From Bacteroidota bacterium (GTDB taxonomy: Bacteria > Bacteroidota > Bacteroidia > Bacteroidales > Lentimicrobiaceae): 64,000 nt of DNA. This document shows, piece by piece, positions 39,531 through 48,926 of the stretch. The position numbers and the translations under genes are program-made. The notes beneath the pieces were generated by a model. The model made no database searches. It was given only the letters and a program-made list of their open reading frames with translations, and was not told the DNA's origin. The stretch's first letter is position 1, and each line of letters starts with the position of its first letter. Where the stretch lies: positions 19,593 through 83,592 of the forward strand of contig JAEZDY010000022.1 of assembly GCA_023417935.1 (NCBI GenBank). The letters run 5' to 3'.

Positions 39531-41708
39531 TTATAAATATCGGATTCCTTTTGACGTGCTGATGCGTTTATCCTTCTCAAAGATTGTAAGTGTGTATACC
39601 CCCGGTTTAAGTTGTGAAGTGTCAATAGAATGCATTGTATCAGAAATAGTTTTGCTAAGTACTCTGCGTCCTGTAACATCAGTGATTACCAGCATGGAAT
39701 TTGAACTGAGCGGTTGATTAATGTATATTTCTGTTGTAAAAGGATTTGGACTGAAAAGCAGGGGAGCACTTGTTATAGGCGGATTTATTTTGGCAGTGCC
39801 TACAATTCCTCCGGTTGTTGTGCCAAGAACCACACCATTATTTCCAAAAATAAGGCCTGTTTCATTGTTGAAGAAATGTACCCGTGTGAGGCCGGAGGTT
39901 GTATATGACTCAATAGGGTTCCATGTTAGTCCGCCATCAATAGTCTTTAGCAGTATGTTACCTTCAGAATTTTGATTTTTACCAACAACATAGCCATTTA
40001 AATTGTCGGGAAACGAAATTGAATTATAATTCATTTGCGCCGTGCTGGTAATAACCATTGGTTGCCAGGTTAAGCAGGCATCTGTTGATCTGAGAATACC
40101 CTGATAACTGCATACAAGAAAGGCTGTATCACCTTCTAATAGCAGAAGATCATTGGCGTCTCCAAAGGCACCGACATTAATTTGCTGCCAACTTGTTCCA
40201 TGGTCAGGTGTTTTGAGTATGCTTGAATTTTGGTAATCATATATAGTAACAAATACCATATCAGCTGTCTTGTATTCTATCTCACCATAATTATGTGTTC
40301 CAGGACTGATATTCTGCCATGTCAGGCCGCCATCGTATGTGCAGATGAGTGTTTCCTCAGCAGCAATCATACCCCGCATCTGGTCATAAAACTTCATGTC
40401 GGAAATATCTAAATATTCAATTTCTTCTATTTCTGACACTAACTGCCATGAATTGCCACCATCCGTTGTTTTCTCAAAATATGCACCACCTATCATAAAT
40501 CCATTAAGGCTGTCAAGAAAGTAAACATGTTCACTATTCGACATCTGGTCCCAGTTTAAACCGCCATTCGTAGTTTTATACAATACCTTGACGGGAACTC
40601 CCCCACCGTAACTTTCTGAAAGTAAATAGCCCGTTGTATTAGTAACAAACTGCACATCAAGGACATCATTTTGTATTTGCCTTTGATTAATAATGCTCCA
40701 GTTATAACCGCCATCAACAGAATTGGAGAGCATTCCGATCGTACCACCGGCTATGAGTGAATGGTCGTCAGTATAACAAAGAGCATGATGAGACCAGTGT
40801 AAACTCTGTTCTTCCTGTTCTGTCCAGGTTAAACCTCCATTATCAGTAAAGGTAATCTTGCAGTGATACATCCATGTATTTGAAACAAAAGCCACATGGT
40901 CTGCATCATATGCTGCAAGGCATCCATCATAAGCCGGAACCTGAGTATCCATGAGTGATTCTGTCCAGGTCAAACCTCCGTCAGTTGTTTTAAATATATA
41001 ATGAAACGCATCACTATAATCAAAATAAATAAGTAACACAAAACCGGTAGTTTCATTTACAAAAATCAAATCCTGAATATAGCCTTCCGGGAAATTGGAA
41101 GGAGCGTCAATAAGAACCCATGTGAGTCCCCGATCAGTTGTCTTAATTATTTGATTAGAAAAGCCTATTGCATAAGCAGTAGAATCATTTAATACTTTAA
41201 CGCCCTGAAGATTGACTGTTAATCCGGTTTCCAGTATGTCCCATGATTCACCTCCGTCAGTAGTCCTGATAATCATACCTTTATCAGCAACAGCTACACC
41301 TGTTGAGTTATTAAAGAAAGCAATATCATTAAAGGCATCCTGCCCGAATACCGGTTCAGATTCAAACTTCTTAGTCCAGGTATTTCCACTGTTAACTGTT
41401 TTAAGGATAGTAAGACCACTGCCCCCGACAAAGCCTGTTGATTGTTCGGTAAAAACAACACTTTTGCATCTGAATCCTGCCTCCGTTTGTGCAGGATAGA
41501 GCATTACATCCCATGTTAACCCGGCATCTGCCGATTTTATAATTGTTGAACCGTCACAAACACCAAATACCTGAGAAGTACCGGGTATGCAATATAATTT
41601 ATTTACAGTGTGTTCCTGGATATCGGGCGATATTCTGGTCCAGGGTGTTTGAGAGAATGAAAGATTGCACACAAACAACGAAATTAAACTCAACAGGATG
41701 TTTTTCAT
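39531..41708 (-). CDS. YCF48/BNR-repeat beta-propeller protein with T9SS CTD
   Basis: Many TTDGG.(T/S)W repeats; FSPNPF...PGVYTL. Confidence 0.9.
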   Translation of the reverse strand: MKNILLSLISLFVCNLSFSQTPWTRISPDIQEHTVNKLYCIPGTSQVFGVCDGSTIIKSADAGLTWDVMLYPAQTEAGFRCKSVVFTEQSTGFVGGSGLTILKTVNSGNTWTKKFESEPVFGQDAFNDIAFFNNSTGVAVADKGMIIRTTDGGESWDILETGLTVNLQGVKVLNDSTAYAIGFSNQIIKTTDRGLTWVLIDAPSNFPEGYIQDLIFVNETTGFVLLIYFDYSDAFHYIFKTTDGGLTWTESLMDTQVPAYDGCLAAYDADHVAFVSNTWMYHCKITFTDNGGLTWTEQEEQSLHWSHHALCYTDDHSLIAGGTIGMLSNSVDGGYNWSIINQRQIQNDVLDVQFVTNTTGYLLSESYGGGVPVKVLYKTTNGGLNWDQMSNSEHVYFLDSLNGFMIGGAYFEKTTDGGNSWQLVSEIEEIEYLDISDMKFYDQMRGMIAAEETLICTYDGGLTWQNISPGTHNYGEIEYKTADMVFVTIYDYQNSSILKTPDHGTSWQQINVGAFGDANDLLLLEGDTAFLVCSYQGILRSTDACLTWQPMVITSTAQMNYNSISFPDNLNGYVVGKNQNSEGNILLKTIDGGLTWNPIESYTTSGLTRVHFFNNETGLIFGNNGVVLGTTTGGIVGTAKINPPITSAPLLFSPNPFTTEIYINQPLSSNSMLVITDVTGRRVLSKTISDTMHSIDTSQLKPGVYTLTIFEKDKRISTSKGIRYL

Positions 41709-41868
41709 TTATTGACTTTTTAGATTAATGGTAGCGCCTTCTTCATGATTCATGTTATTTATCAGAACCACGAATATATAAAAAATATTAAGACCTATTG
41801 ATGCGCATCCTGACTTTTCGACCAATCCACGCGCTATAACATAGTCCAATGGCCGGCTGGCAATGCTG

Positions 41869-42375
41869 TTATTCCGCCCTTTCAAGGCTGATTTCCTTAA
41901 GTAAGTCCTCAAGGTCGAGTGACTTTGTATACATTGTTAATGAACCGTCGCCGTTCTTTGGCCAGAGATCACTGGGCTTGTCCCAATACAACTCCAAACC
42001 GTTACCGTCGGGGTCGTTAAGATATATTGCTTCTGAAACCCCATGGTCAGCTGCACCTTTAACCGGATAGTTTGCTTTGTGCAGGCGGTCGAAGATCATC
42101 GCAAGGTCTTTTCTGGTAGGGTATATGATCGCAGTATGGTATAAGCCCACGCCTTCTTCAGTTGCCGGAGGTGAACCTTTGCTGTGCCAGGTATTTAAGC
42201 CAATATGATGATGGTATCCACCGGCTGAAACAAATACCGCCTGACTGCCATACTTCATCGTAACCTGAAAGCCCAGCAGGTCGCGATAGAACCCCAGTGC
42301 CCGGTCCAGATCAGCCACTTTTAAATGCACATGCCCTATCCTGGTCTGTGCCGGAACAATATAGTTTTCATTCAT
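41869..42375 (-). CDS. VOC-family (CatE-like) protein
   Basis: IGHVHLKV, GGYHHHIGLNTW and DHGVSEAIYL.DPDGNGLELY motifs. Confidence 0.92.
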   Translation of the reverse strand: MNENYIVPAQTRIGHVHLKVADLDRALGFYRDLLGFQVTMKYGSQAVFVSAGGYHHHIGLNTWHSKGSPPATEEGVGLYHTAIIYPTRKDLAMIFDRLHKANYPVKGAADHGVSEAIYLNDPDGNGLELYWDKPSDLWPKNGDGSLTMYTKSLDLEDLLKEISLERAE

Positions 42376-42404
42376 AATAAAAGGAACAGTTAGAATTTTA
42401 ACTC

Positions 42405-43298
42405 CTATTTCAGGAAATCAGGATTCTGATAGGCAGGATCAGGGTAATCATAGACACCTTTTCCGTTTGCGGTTCCCATTCTTCCTTTATCAAGATATTC
42501 TGATTTTATCCATCCGGCAACCCGTGCAGAAATTTCATCTCCCTCATCACCCCATCCTTTATACAGATTATAGGGAGTGTTGGGTCCTATGATATCCAGG
42601 AATGCGAATGGACCAATCGGAGCTCCTGTTGAGATCATCCAGGTCTTATCAACCACTTTGGGATCTGCAACTCCATCAACGGCCAATTGCATCGCAGCCT
42701 TCAGGAAAGGAACTAAAAGTGTATTTAATACATAGCCCGGTTGCTCTTTATGAAGGGGAATCGGAATCATTGCAATGTTCTTTGCAAATTCAATTACTTC
42801 ATCAAAAACTTCAGGAGAAGTTCGCTCATGTCTCATGATTTCGGCAATATTAAGTTTCCAGATCTCATTTGCGAAATGCAGATGTAAATACTTTTCCGGA
42901 CGGTCAGTTGAATCTACAAGCTGACTGGGTATCATGGTAGATGAATTGGAAGCGAAAATGGTACTTTCTTTAGCAACTTTTGACAATTTCTTATAGAAGT
43001 CCTGCTTGATGTGCAGCAATTCCGGAACCGCCTCAATTACCAGATCAGCATTTTCTACAGCTTTTGCCAAATCGGTATGAAGGGAAATGCGATTATAGGC
43101 AGCATCAACTTCTTCTTTGGTGCCATAGTTATCTGCCTGATATCTTTCTTTTAAGACTTCAAATCTCTCTTTAGCCTTCTCTAATGCTTCATTATTAATA
43201 TCATAAGACGAAACTTCAAATCCTTTAAACGCTGTTTGAAAAGCGATTTGGCTGCCTAGAACCCCTGTTCCGGCAACAGTTACATTTTGAATTTTCAT
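42405..43298 (-). CDS. 3-hydroxyacyl-CoA dehydrogenase
   Basis: GTGVLGSQIA Rossmann motif, IEAVPE, ASNSS, HF.N and PGYVLN. Confidence 0.93.
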   Translation of the reverse strand: MKIQNVTVAGTGVLGSQIAFQTAFKGFEVSSYDINNEALEKAKERFEVLKERYQADNYGTKEEVDAAYNRISLHTDLAKAVENADLVIEAVPELLHIKQDFYKKLSKVAKESTIFASNSSTMIPSQLVDSTDRPEKYLHLHFANEIWKLNIAEIMRHERTSPEVFDEVIEFAKNIAMIPIPLHKEQPGYVLNTLLVPFLKAAMQLAVDGVADPKVVDKTWMISTGAPIGPFAFLDIIGPNTPYNLYKGWGDEGDEISARVAGWIKSEYLDKGRMGTANGKGVYDYPDPAYQNPDFLK

Positions 43299-43420
43299 AT
43301 ACTCAAGTTTAAATGATGTCCAGCATTAGCTAAACCCTCGTTTTTAGGCATTCGATTAGCTATATCTAATTACAACACACGGCGAAACGAATAAGTTTTT
43401 TGATCAGCATACAGCATTCT

Positions 43421-43503
43421 CCTTTCAGGGCTTGGAGGTGTTTGTGTGGTTATCATTCACAGGGTTGCAACCTGTGTTGATTTATATCGCCCTTTCAGGG
43501 CTT
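43421..43503. repeat. REP-like element (two CCTTTCAGGGCTT units flanking a CACAGG..CCTGTG hairpin)
   Basis: CCTTTCAGGGCTT at 43421 and 43491; CACAGGGTTGCAACCTGTG at 43458-43476. Confidence 0.7.
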
Positions 43504-43883
43504 GTGCTTTATACCTTAGGAATATACCTGTTGTAATATTCACCTGTTCAGGATTCATTTGCAACTCACAAAATTTGCATTAATTTTACCTCAATATTAT
43601 ACCTTTGGACATGATTATCACAATTGAGCGAAAAAGAAGGGAATATAATTTTTTACTTGACAATAGATTAATATATGGTTATGTGCAGATTAATGGTGTT
43701 GATTTTCTATACAATGAGAACAAAGTATTAATATGTAATTCCGATCTGAATTTGAATATAATATGCTCACTTGTATTTGCATTAGAGTGCAAATTTGAAA
43801 ATCCAACCGATATCAGACTCAATATAATCTTTGCAGAAAAACAAGTATTTGATGCAAATTGGCAACCAAAATAAATAGTTCCC

Positions 43884-43936
43884 CTTGAACCCCTTGAACA
43901 AAAAACAACAACGCTAAACGCTAAACGCTAAACGCT
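43884..43936. repeat. Short tandem repeats (CCCCTTGAA x2; AACGCTA x~4)
   Basis: Directly visible downstream of the LOG stop codon. Confidence 0.8.
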
Positions 43937-43937
43937 T

Positions 43938-44528
43938 TTACCACCACTTCCCCTCAACCTTCACCGCCTCATAAGTATCAAGCTTGTGTAACAGTGCCTC
44001 CGGGTTTTCATCTACTAAGAGGTTGGCGTAGTGCTCGGGGCGGACGAAGCGCTGGTCGACTGTGTGGCGCAGGAAGGTGACGAGGTGATCGTAGTAGCCG
44101 CCGGTGTTTAAAAGGGCTACGGGCTTATTGATGATGTTGAGCTGGTTCCACGACATTACTTCGAACAGCTCATCCAGCGTGCCGATGCCGCCGGGCATGG
44201 CGATGAACGCATCGGAGAGTTCGGCCATCAGTTGTTTGCGCTGACTCATGGTGTCAACCACGTGGAAGTCCTCGAGGGTGGTGTAGGCTACTTCAAGGTC
44301 AATGAGTCCCTGCGGCATTACACCGGCTACCTTGCCGCCATGCTGCAGCACCTCGTCGGCAATAGCCCGCATCAGTCCTATGTTGCTTCCCCCGTAAACC
44401 AGGGTAATGCTGCGCGCTGCCATCAGGCGGCCAAGCTCTCTCGCTGCTTCAGCGTATTGAACATCAGCTCCGGGCGATGATCCGCAGAATACGCAAATGG
44501 TTTTGATTTTATTGTTCAAATTGTTCAA
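43938..44528 (-). CDS. LOG family (TIGR00730-type) nucleotide phosphoribohydrolase
   Basis: ICVFCGSS, LVYGG..GLM, RKQLM and PGGIGTLDE motifs; TTG start within a repeat. Confidence 0.93.
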   Translation of the reverse strand: MNNLNNKIKTICVFCGSSPGADVQYAEAARELGRLMAARSITLVYGGSNIGLMRAIADEVLQHGGKVAGVMPQGLIDLEVAYTTLEDFHVVDTMSQRKQLMAELSDAFIAMPGGIGTLDELFEVMSWNQLNIINKPVALLNTGGYYDHLVTFLRHTVDQRFVRPEHYANLLVDENPEALLHKLDTYEAVKVEGKWW

Positions 44529-44566
44529 GGTTGTTCAAGGTTGTTCAAGGTTGTTCAAAAGTTGTT
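44512..44566. repeat. TTGTTCAAGG decamer tandem repeat
   Basis: About 5 units between the M64 stop and the LOG coding start. Confidence 0.9.
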
Positions 44567-45842
44567 ACTTTAAGTAAGATTCTATCATCCGCGAAAGCGC
44601 ATCGCGGCATACGGGACAAAAGTTATCGTACGATATGGACTTCATGGTGCAATCGTGCGATGGGCGGTACATGCCTTTGGTTAAGTACCCTCCCCCTTCA
44701 TAGGCGCCGGTTTTAACGGTGTCCTTCAGCTTTTCGGGTGTGGGTATGGGTGTTGAGGGGTCAACCATGCCCTTCCACTTGGTGTCAAAGTTCACCAGCG
44801 TGGTGAGGTTGGGCTCCCACGGCTCCACGCTCAGGTCGTACATGTCCTCATAGGCTACGGCCGAATCAAAGTACTCATCACCCAGTCCGCCGAAGCTGTG
44901 GCCGAACTCGTGTACAAACACGTAATCGGCAAAATCACTGTCGCTTGTAAACAGGGCGTAGAAGTTGTAAATGCCGCCCCCGCCATACTGTTTGGAGTTG
45001 GCCACCACGCATATCTGGTCGTATGGCACGTTGGCCGCCACATCGCGCACGCTGCGCATATCACTTGTGGTTAGGTACCTGTCGAGGTCGAACGTGTAAA
45101 ATGAACTGTTCACAATGGTTTTCTTCCATACCTCCTTGCCCGGCACATCCACTCCGCTCTCGGCCGACGGCGCTTCAACCCCATACACGTTTATCCTGCC
45201 GGCATATTTATCAAAGGGCCTGTTCTTCAGCAGGTATCCCGTAAGGCGCTCACAGTCTTTGCGGAATTTATCCATCTCACCGGCGGTATAGCCCTCGGGC
45301 ACGAATACGATATCAAGACTCACGGCCGGTTCACCCGACTGCTGCACCACGAACGACGGGTATACATGGCGGCGCTCCTTCTTTATAAAATAGCTTGAAG
45401 GGTCAATCTCATAGCTGAACTTCTCCACCCACTGCTGCTGTTTGGTGCGGTTGTAAAAGGTGATCACCGCGGGCTTTTTGGGATATGGCATCACCACGTT
45501 CTCCACAAAGGCACGCGTAACCTTGTCGGCCTCGGGCGTTGTCTGCCACTCTGAGAAAAGCGACGAGTAGCCTGTTTGCCATATCAGCCTGCCGGTTTTC
45601 ACATCGGTAAGCGTTACCCTGTAGTTGCCGTAATCAAACGGGCTTATCATGTTGGTACGTGAACCGGCATAGTAAGGCTCTTCAATCAAATCGTCAATCG
45701 CATACAGGTCAGTTTCGGCAGTGCCGGCATGAATATAGTCGAGGCGCAGTGCCTTATTATAGAAGAAGTCGCTGTAGCGGACGTCCTGCGCTGCCAGGTT
45801 CACTGTCAGTACCAGGGCAAAGAGGATGAGTGTATGTTTCAT
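44565..45842 (-). CDS. Peptidase M64 (IgA peptidase-like) metalloprotease
   Basis: HEFGHSFGGLGDEY, EPWEPN, YEGGGY and CTM...FCPVC; signal peptide. Confidence 0.93.
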   Translation of the reverse strand: MKHTLILFALVLTVNLAAQDVRYSDFFYNKALRLDYIHAGTAETDLYAIDDLIEEPYYAGSRTNMISPFDYGNYRVTLTDVKTGRLIWQTGYSSLFSEWQTTPEADKVTRAFVENVVMPYPKKPAVITFYNRTKQQQWVEKFSYEIDPSSYFIKKERRHVYPSFVVQQSGEPAVSLDIVFVPEGYTAGEMDKFRKDCERLTGYLLKNRPFDKYAGRINVYGVEAPSAESGVDVPGKEVWKKTIVNSSFYTFDLDRYLTTSDMRSVRDVAANVPYDQICVVANSKQYGGGGIYNFYALFTSDSDFADYVFVHEFGHSFGGLGDEYFDSAVAYEDMYDLSVEPWEPNLTTLVNFDTKWKGMVDPSTPIPTPEKLKDTVKTGAYEGGGYLTKGMYRPSHDCTMKSISYDNFCPVCRDALSRMIESYLK

Positions 45843-45993
45843 ACAGTTGAATACTTTAGATGCAAAGATAACAAATGTAAAAAGAAAGAGCCCGCTTCAT
45901 GGTCGATGAAAGCAGGCCTTTTTTTCCCGAAACTACAGAGAAAGATTCAGGTAATAAGAAACCCAGCAGGCGTTTTTCCCGCACCGGGTGGGT

Positions 45994-46137
45994 TTATTTC
46001 TTATATCTACTTAATTCTCTCTCTTTTCTCTTTGCTTCTTTAGTTGCTAAGCGTTTTTCCTGGCGCCTCCACTGTTTTTGCAGATAGGCTTCCATGATTG
46101 CACGTGTTTCTTCGGTAAGAACGATTTCCCGGTCCAT
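45994..46137 (-). CDS. 47-aa basic helical microprotein, paralogue of the 47224..47577 N-terminus
   Basis: Manual translation MDREIVLTEETRAIMEAYLQKQWRRQEKRLATKEAKRKERELSRYKK; upstream TACATTTG -7 element; hairpins downstream. Confidence 0.7.
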   Translation of the reverse strand: MDREIVLTEETRAIMEAYLQKQWRRQEKRLATKEAKRKERELSRYKK

Positions 46138-46330
46138 AATAATTAAGATTTTGTGTGATGCAAATGTAGTGATAATTTAACGTATAAAATAGTTTTGTAC
46201 GAAATTAACGAAAATTAACAAAAAAATAACGCTGCAATTACAAAAAATACTCAGTTTCAAGTAATTATAGATTAACAAAAAATGTATTAAATTTGCCACC
46301 ATATGAACTCCACAAAAATCAGAAAGCTGT

Positions 46331-46663
46331 ATGAATGAGCAGGTTACGAAATATATTACCGAATCGCCCCCTGTGCAGCGTGCACTGATGGAGGAGATCA
46401 GGGCACTGATTTTCCATCATATTCACGGCGTAAAAGAGCAAATCAAGTGGGGCCGGCCCGTATATTCAACCACCACCGATTTTGCCTACTTTAAAACCAC
46501 CAGAACCTACCTTACCCTGGGCTTTTTCAGGTACCATAAAATCACCACCAATGTGCATTTACTTGAAGGCACCGGCAAGGATATGCGGCATATCAAGCTT
46601 AGAAAGACTGAGGATTTAAACAGGGAACTGCTGGTTATGTGGTTGAGGGAAGTGGGGGAGTGA
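46331..46663 (+). CDS. DUF1801/YdhG-like protein
   Basis: EQIKWGRPVY, TLGF and LLEGTGKDMRHIK motifs; TAAATTTG upstream. Confidence 0.85.
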   Translation: MNEQVTKYITESPPVQRALMEEIRALIFHHIHGVKEQIKWGRPVYSTTTDFAYFKTTRTYLTLGFFRYHKITTNVHLLEGTGKDMRHIKLRKTEDLNRELLVMWLREVGE

Positions 46664-46695
46664 AATGCTTTTAAACAATCTAATTATACCAAAAT

Positions 46696-47163
46696 TTAAT
46701 TACTCCTTCTGAATTCCCATGGAGCGATAGGATTGTTAAACGACCATAACCCTAACTTTCTTTTTTTTGCATTCCACTCAAGTTGAGCCAAGTACTCAGC
46801 TTGGTTATACTTCTTATAATGCCATGCCAACCCAGCTTTAAGAAGTTCTTCATTTACACATATATCGTTCACATAAACAAAAGCCAAAGTACGGCCATAA
46901 CGATCATTTCCTGATTCAACTACTCTCACTTGTTTGCCAAAGCATAGGTCAGATGTATATTTTTTAGCTTTAGCACCAAAATCTTGATTGCTTTCAGGAC
47001 AATCAATACCTTCTAATCTTATTTTAACCTGTTGGTTATTGGTATTTAAAACCACTATAGTATCACCGTCAACCACTCTTACAACTTGCCCATGGAATAT
47101 ATTTGTCTGGACAAAGCTGGTGAGAAGAATTATTAAAATAAGGTTTAGTATCCTGTTCTTCAT
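46696..47163 (-). CDS. Thermonuclease (SNase-family), exported
   Basis: VVDGDT, IRLEGIDCPE, DRYGRTLA and GLW...PWEFR motifs; hydrophobic N-terminus. Confidence 0.93.
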   Translation of the reverse strand: MKNRILNLILIILLTSFVQTNIFHGQVVRVVDGDTIVVLNTNNQQVKIRLEGIDCPESNQDFGAKAKKYTSDLCFGKQVRVVESGNDRYGRTLAFVYVNDICVNEELLKAGLAWHYKKYNQAEYLAQLEWNAKKRKLGLWSFNNPIAPWEFRRSN

Positions 47164-47223
47164 TTGCTTTTCTTTAAAAAAAGGACAATATGATCACAAA
47201 TCCCCCTGTTCACAATTCATCGT

Positions 47224-47577
47224 TTATTGTTTCAGCATTTTCTTTAGCGTAAGCAATAAGCTAACCGCAGTTTCAACATATCTTGCAGCTGACAGGACTC
47301 GTTTTTCATCCTCCTTGTCAGTCACAATCTCTTGATCATTAAACGTTTTATGATCTTTCAAAAGTTGCTCGATCTCCTTCAGTTTATCAATATGTTTCTG
47401 ATAAGGATGAACCAGTTTTACCGGTTTTTCTTTAACTACACGAACCCTTACTTTCTTTGGTTCTTTCCCATATCTAGCATATTTAGCTAAACGCTTAGCA
47501 GCCTGTCTATCCATATAAGCCTGGACAATAAGCCTTGTTTCATCAGTCACATTGATATTCGGTTCATGTTTTTTCAT
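47224..47577 (-). CDS. Basic helical hypothetical protein
   Basis: ATG 47577 (MKKHEPNINVTDETRLIVQAY...); TACATTTG -7 element upstream. Confidence 0.7.
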   Translation of the reverse strand: MKKHEPNINVTDETRLIVQAYMDRQAAKRLAKYARYGKEPKKVRVRVVKEKPVKLVHPYQKHIDKLKEIEQLLKDHKTFNDQEIVTDKEDEKRVLSAARYVETAVSLLLTLKKMLKQ

Positions 47578-47829
47578 TTCAATATATTCGGTTTTTTGGT
47601 ATCGCAAATGTACAAAAACGGTAATTCTTGGATATATATTATGGGCGTTATTTAAGCACCGGGCTTTCAGCTAAATTTTGCCTTTTTGGTGATGATATCC
47701 CCATTCCATTGATGGGATTCTACTTCAATCACTATTAAGGATGTTGTGCTTTATAGTAAGGGACGGAATCAGACACTGCCCTTTCTTTTTATATTGTTTT
47801 TAATAGTTCCAAAAACTTTATAAATTTGT

Positions 47830-47892
47830 AGCGCACATAGCAGAATGAGTAGCTTAGGTTTTAGAGGGTGGGTAGGGGTACTCACCCTTTCC
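47830..47892 (+). ncRNA. Candidate small RNA
   Basis: TAAATTTG at 47821-47828 followed ~40 nt later by the stem AGGGTGGGTA/TACTCACCCT and a short T tail; no ORF. Confidence 0.4.
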
Positions 47893-48010
47893 TGTAAGAT
47901 GACTTAAAAGATGTCCACACTGGCAGCCATGCACAGACTGCCAGTGTGAAGTATATATAGAGTTGCAATTGCAGTTGATATCCCATCAAATGCAGCATTT
48001 CTAATCAAGA

Positions 48011-48021
48011 TGTCAAAGAAC
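48011..48021 (-). promoter_or_regulatory. boxA-like antitermination motif
   Basis: GTTCTTTGACA on the minus strand just after the spanin-like stop. Confidence 0.45.
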
Positions 48022-48041
48022 AATAGTTAAATTTCAATCAA

Positions 48042-48527
48042 TTACCTACGTAATACAGCACGTCCAATTAGGCTTCCTATAAAGATCATTAATACACCCA
48101 TAAAGACTCTTCCAAAATAGACCTGTAACCATTGCCAGGTTGAAAGTTTGTTAATGTATTCAATATGATCTTTTATCTCTTGTTTATGCGATTCTGCAAT
48201 AGTAGTTTTCAATGCTCCTTTTATGTTTTTAGGAACTACTGTATCTCTCTGTTCCAATCTGTGAAATACCTTACCGTCATTTAACCATGCGTAAGAAAAG
48301 GCAAGTGGTGTTACTAACTTGCTTACTTCCCCATCATCTAATGGCATAGTGTGAAAAACTGTATCACCGGGTATTGTAATATAGATTGTTGTGTCCCTTA
48401 TAATTGTAACAGTATTAGTTTTTGTTTCAACAGAACTACCCTTTAAGGGCTTCTTTTTAAACCGCGCACTGGTTGCACAGGATGTTAATATTGTGATTAA
48501 TACAATCACGCCAATAATCTTTTTCAT
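48042..48527 (-). CDS. Lipoprotein with C-terminal TM; putative unimolecular spanin
   Basis: Lipobox LTSC, beta-rich body, C-terminal TM (VYFGRVFMGVLMIFIGSLIG) plus RR; follows the endolysin. Confidence 0.7.
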   Translation of the reverse strand: MKKIIGVIVLITILTSCATSARFKKKPLKGSSVETKTNTVTIIRDTTIYITIPGDTVFHTMPLDDGEVSKLVTPLAFSYAWLNDGKVFHRLEQRDTVVPKNIKGALKTTIAESHKQEIKDHIEYINKLSTWQWLQVYFGRVFMGVLMIFIGSLIGRAVLRR

Positions 48528-48535
48528 GAGTATTG

Positions 48536-48922
48536 CTATTTGGGTTGATTATAAAAATCATTTATTGGGTCCACCCAAACGCCCAGCTTTTTTACTGTGA
48601 AGTGTAAATGCGGACCAGTTGATAGCCCGGTATCACCTGACAATGCTATAACCTGACCTTTCAATACTGGCTGGTCTTTCTTTACCAGGCGTTTATTAAG
48701 GTGAGCAAATCCATAGCGCACACCTTCAGTACTTACCATTGCCAAGCATCTCCCACCTCTTTCATGATCCCACACTTCCATGATTATCCCATAATCAGGT
48801 GCAACTACCGGTGTGTCAACTTTACAGGCAATGTCAATACCGTTGTGAAAACTTTCTAAACCAGTTATGGGATGTTTTCGCTGACCGAAATAAGAAGTTA
48901 TTTTTCCGTTTACCGGGTTCAT
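48536..48922 (-). CDS. M23 metallopeptidase, putative endolysin
   Basis: HNGID and STGPHLHF motifs; catalytic domain only, no signal peptide. Confidence 0.88.
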   Translation of the reverse strand: MNPVNGKITSYFGQRKHPITGLESFHNGIDIACKVDTPVVAPDYGIIMEVWDHERGGRCLAMVSTEGVRYGFAHLNKRLVKKDQPVLKGQVIALSGDTGLSTGPHLHFTVKKLGVWVDPINDFYNQPK

Positions 48923-48926
48923 ATTG

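Noticed and set aside
43605..43874. 89-aa AT-rich ORF
   Set aside because: TTG start and no recognisable motif; it could be real but cannot be supported.
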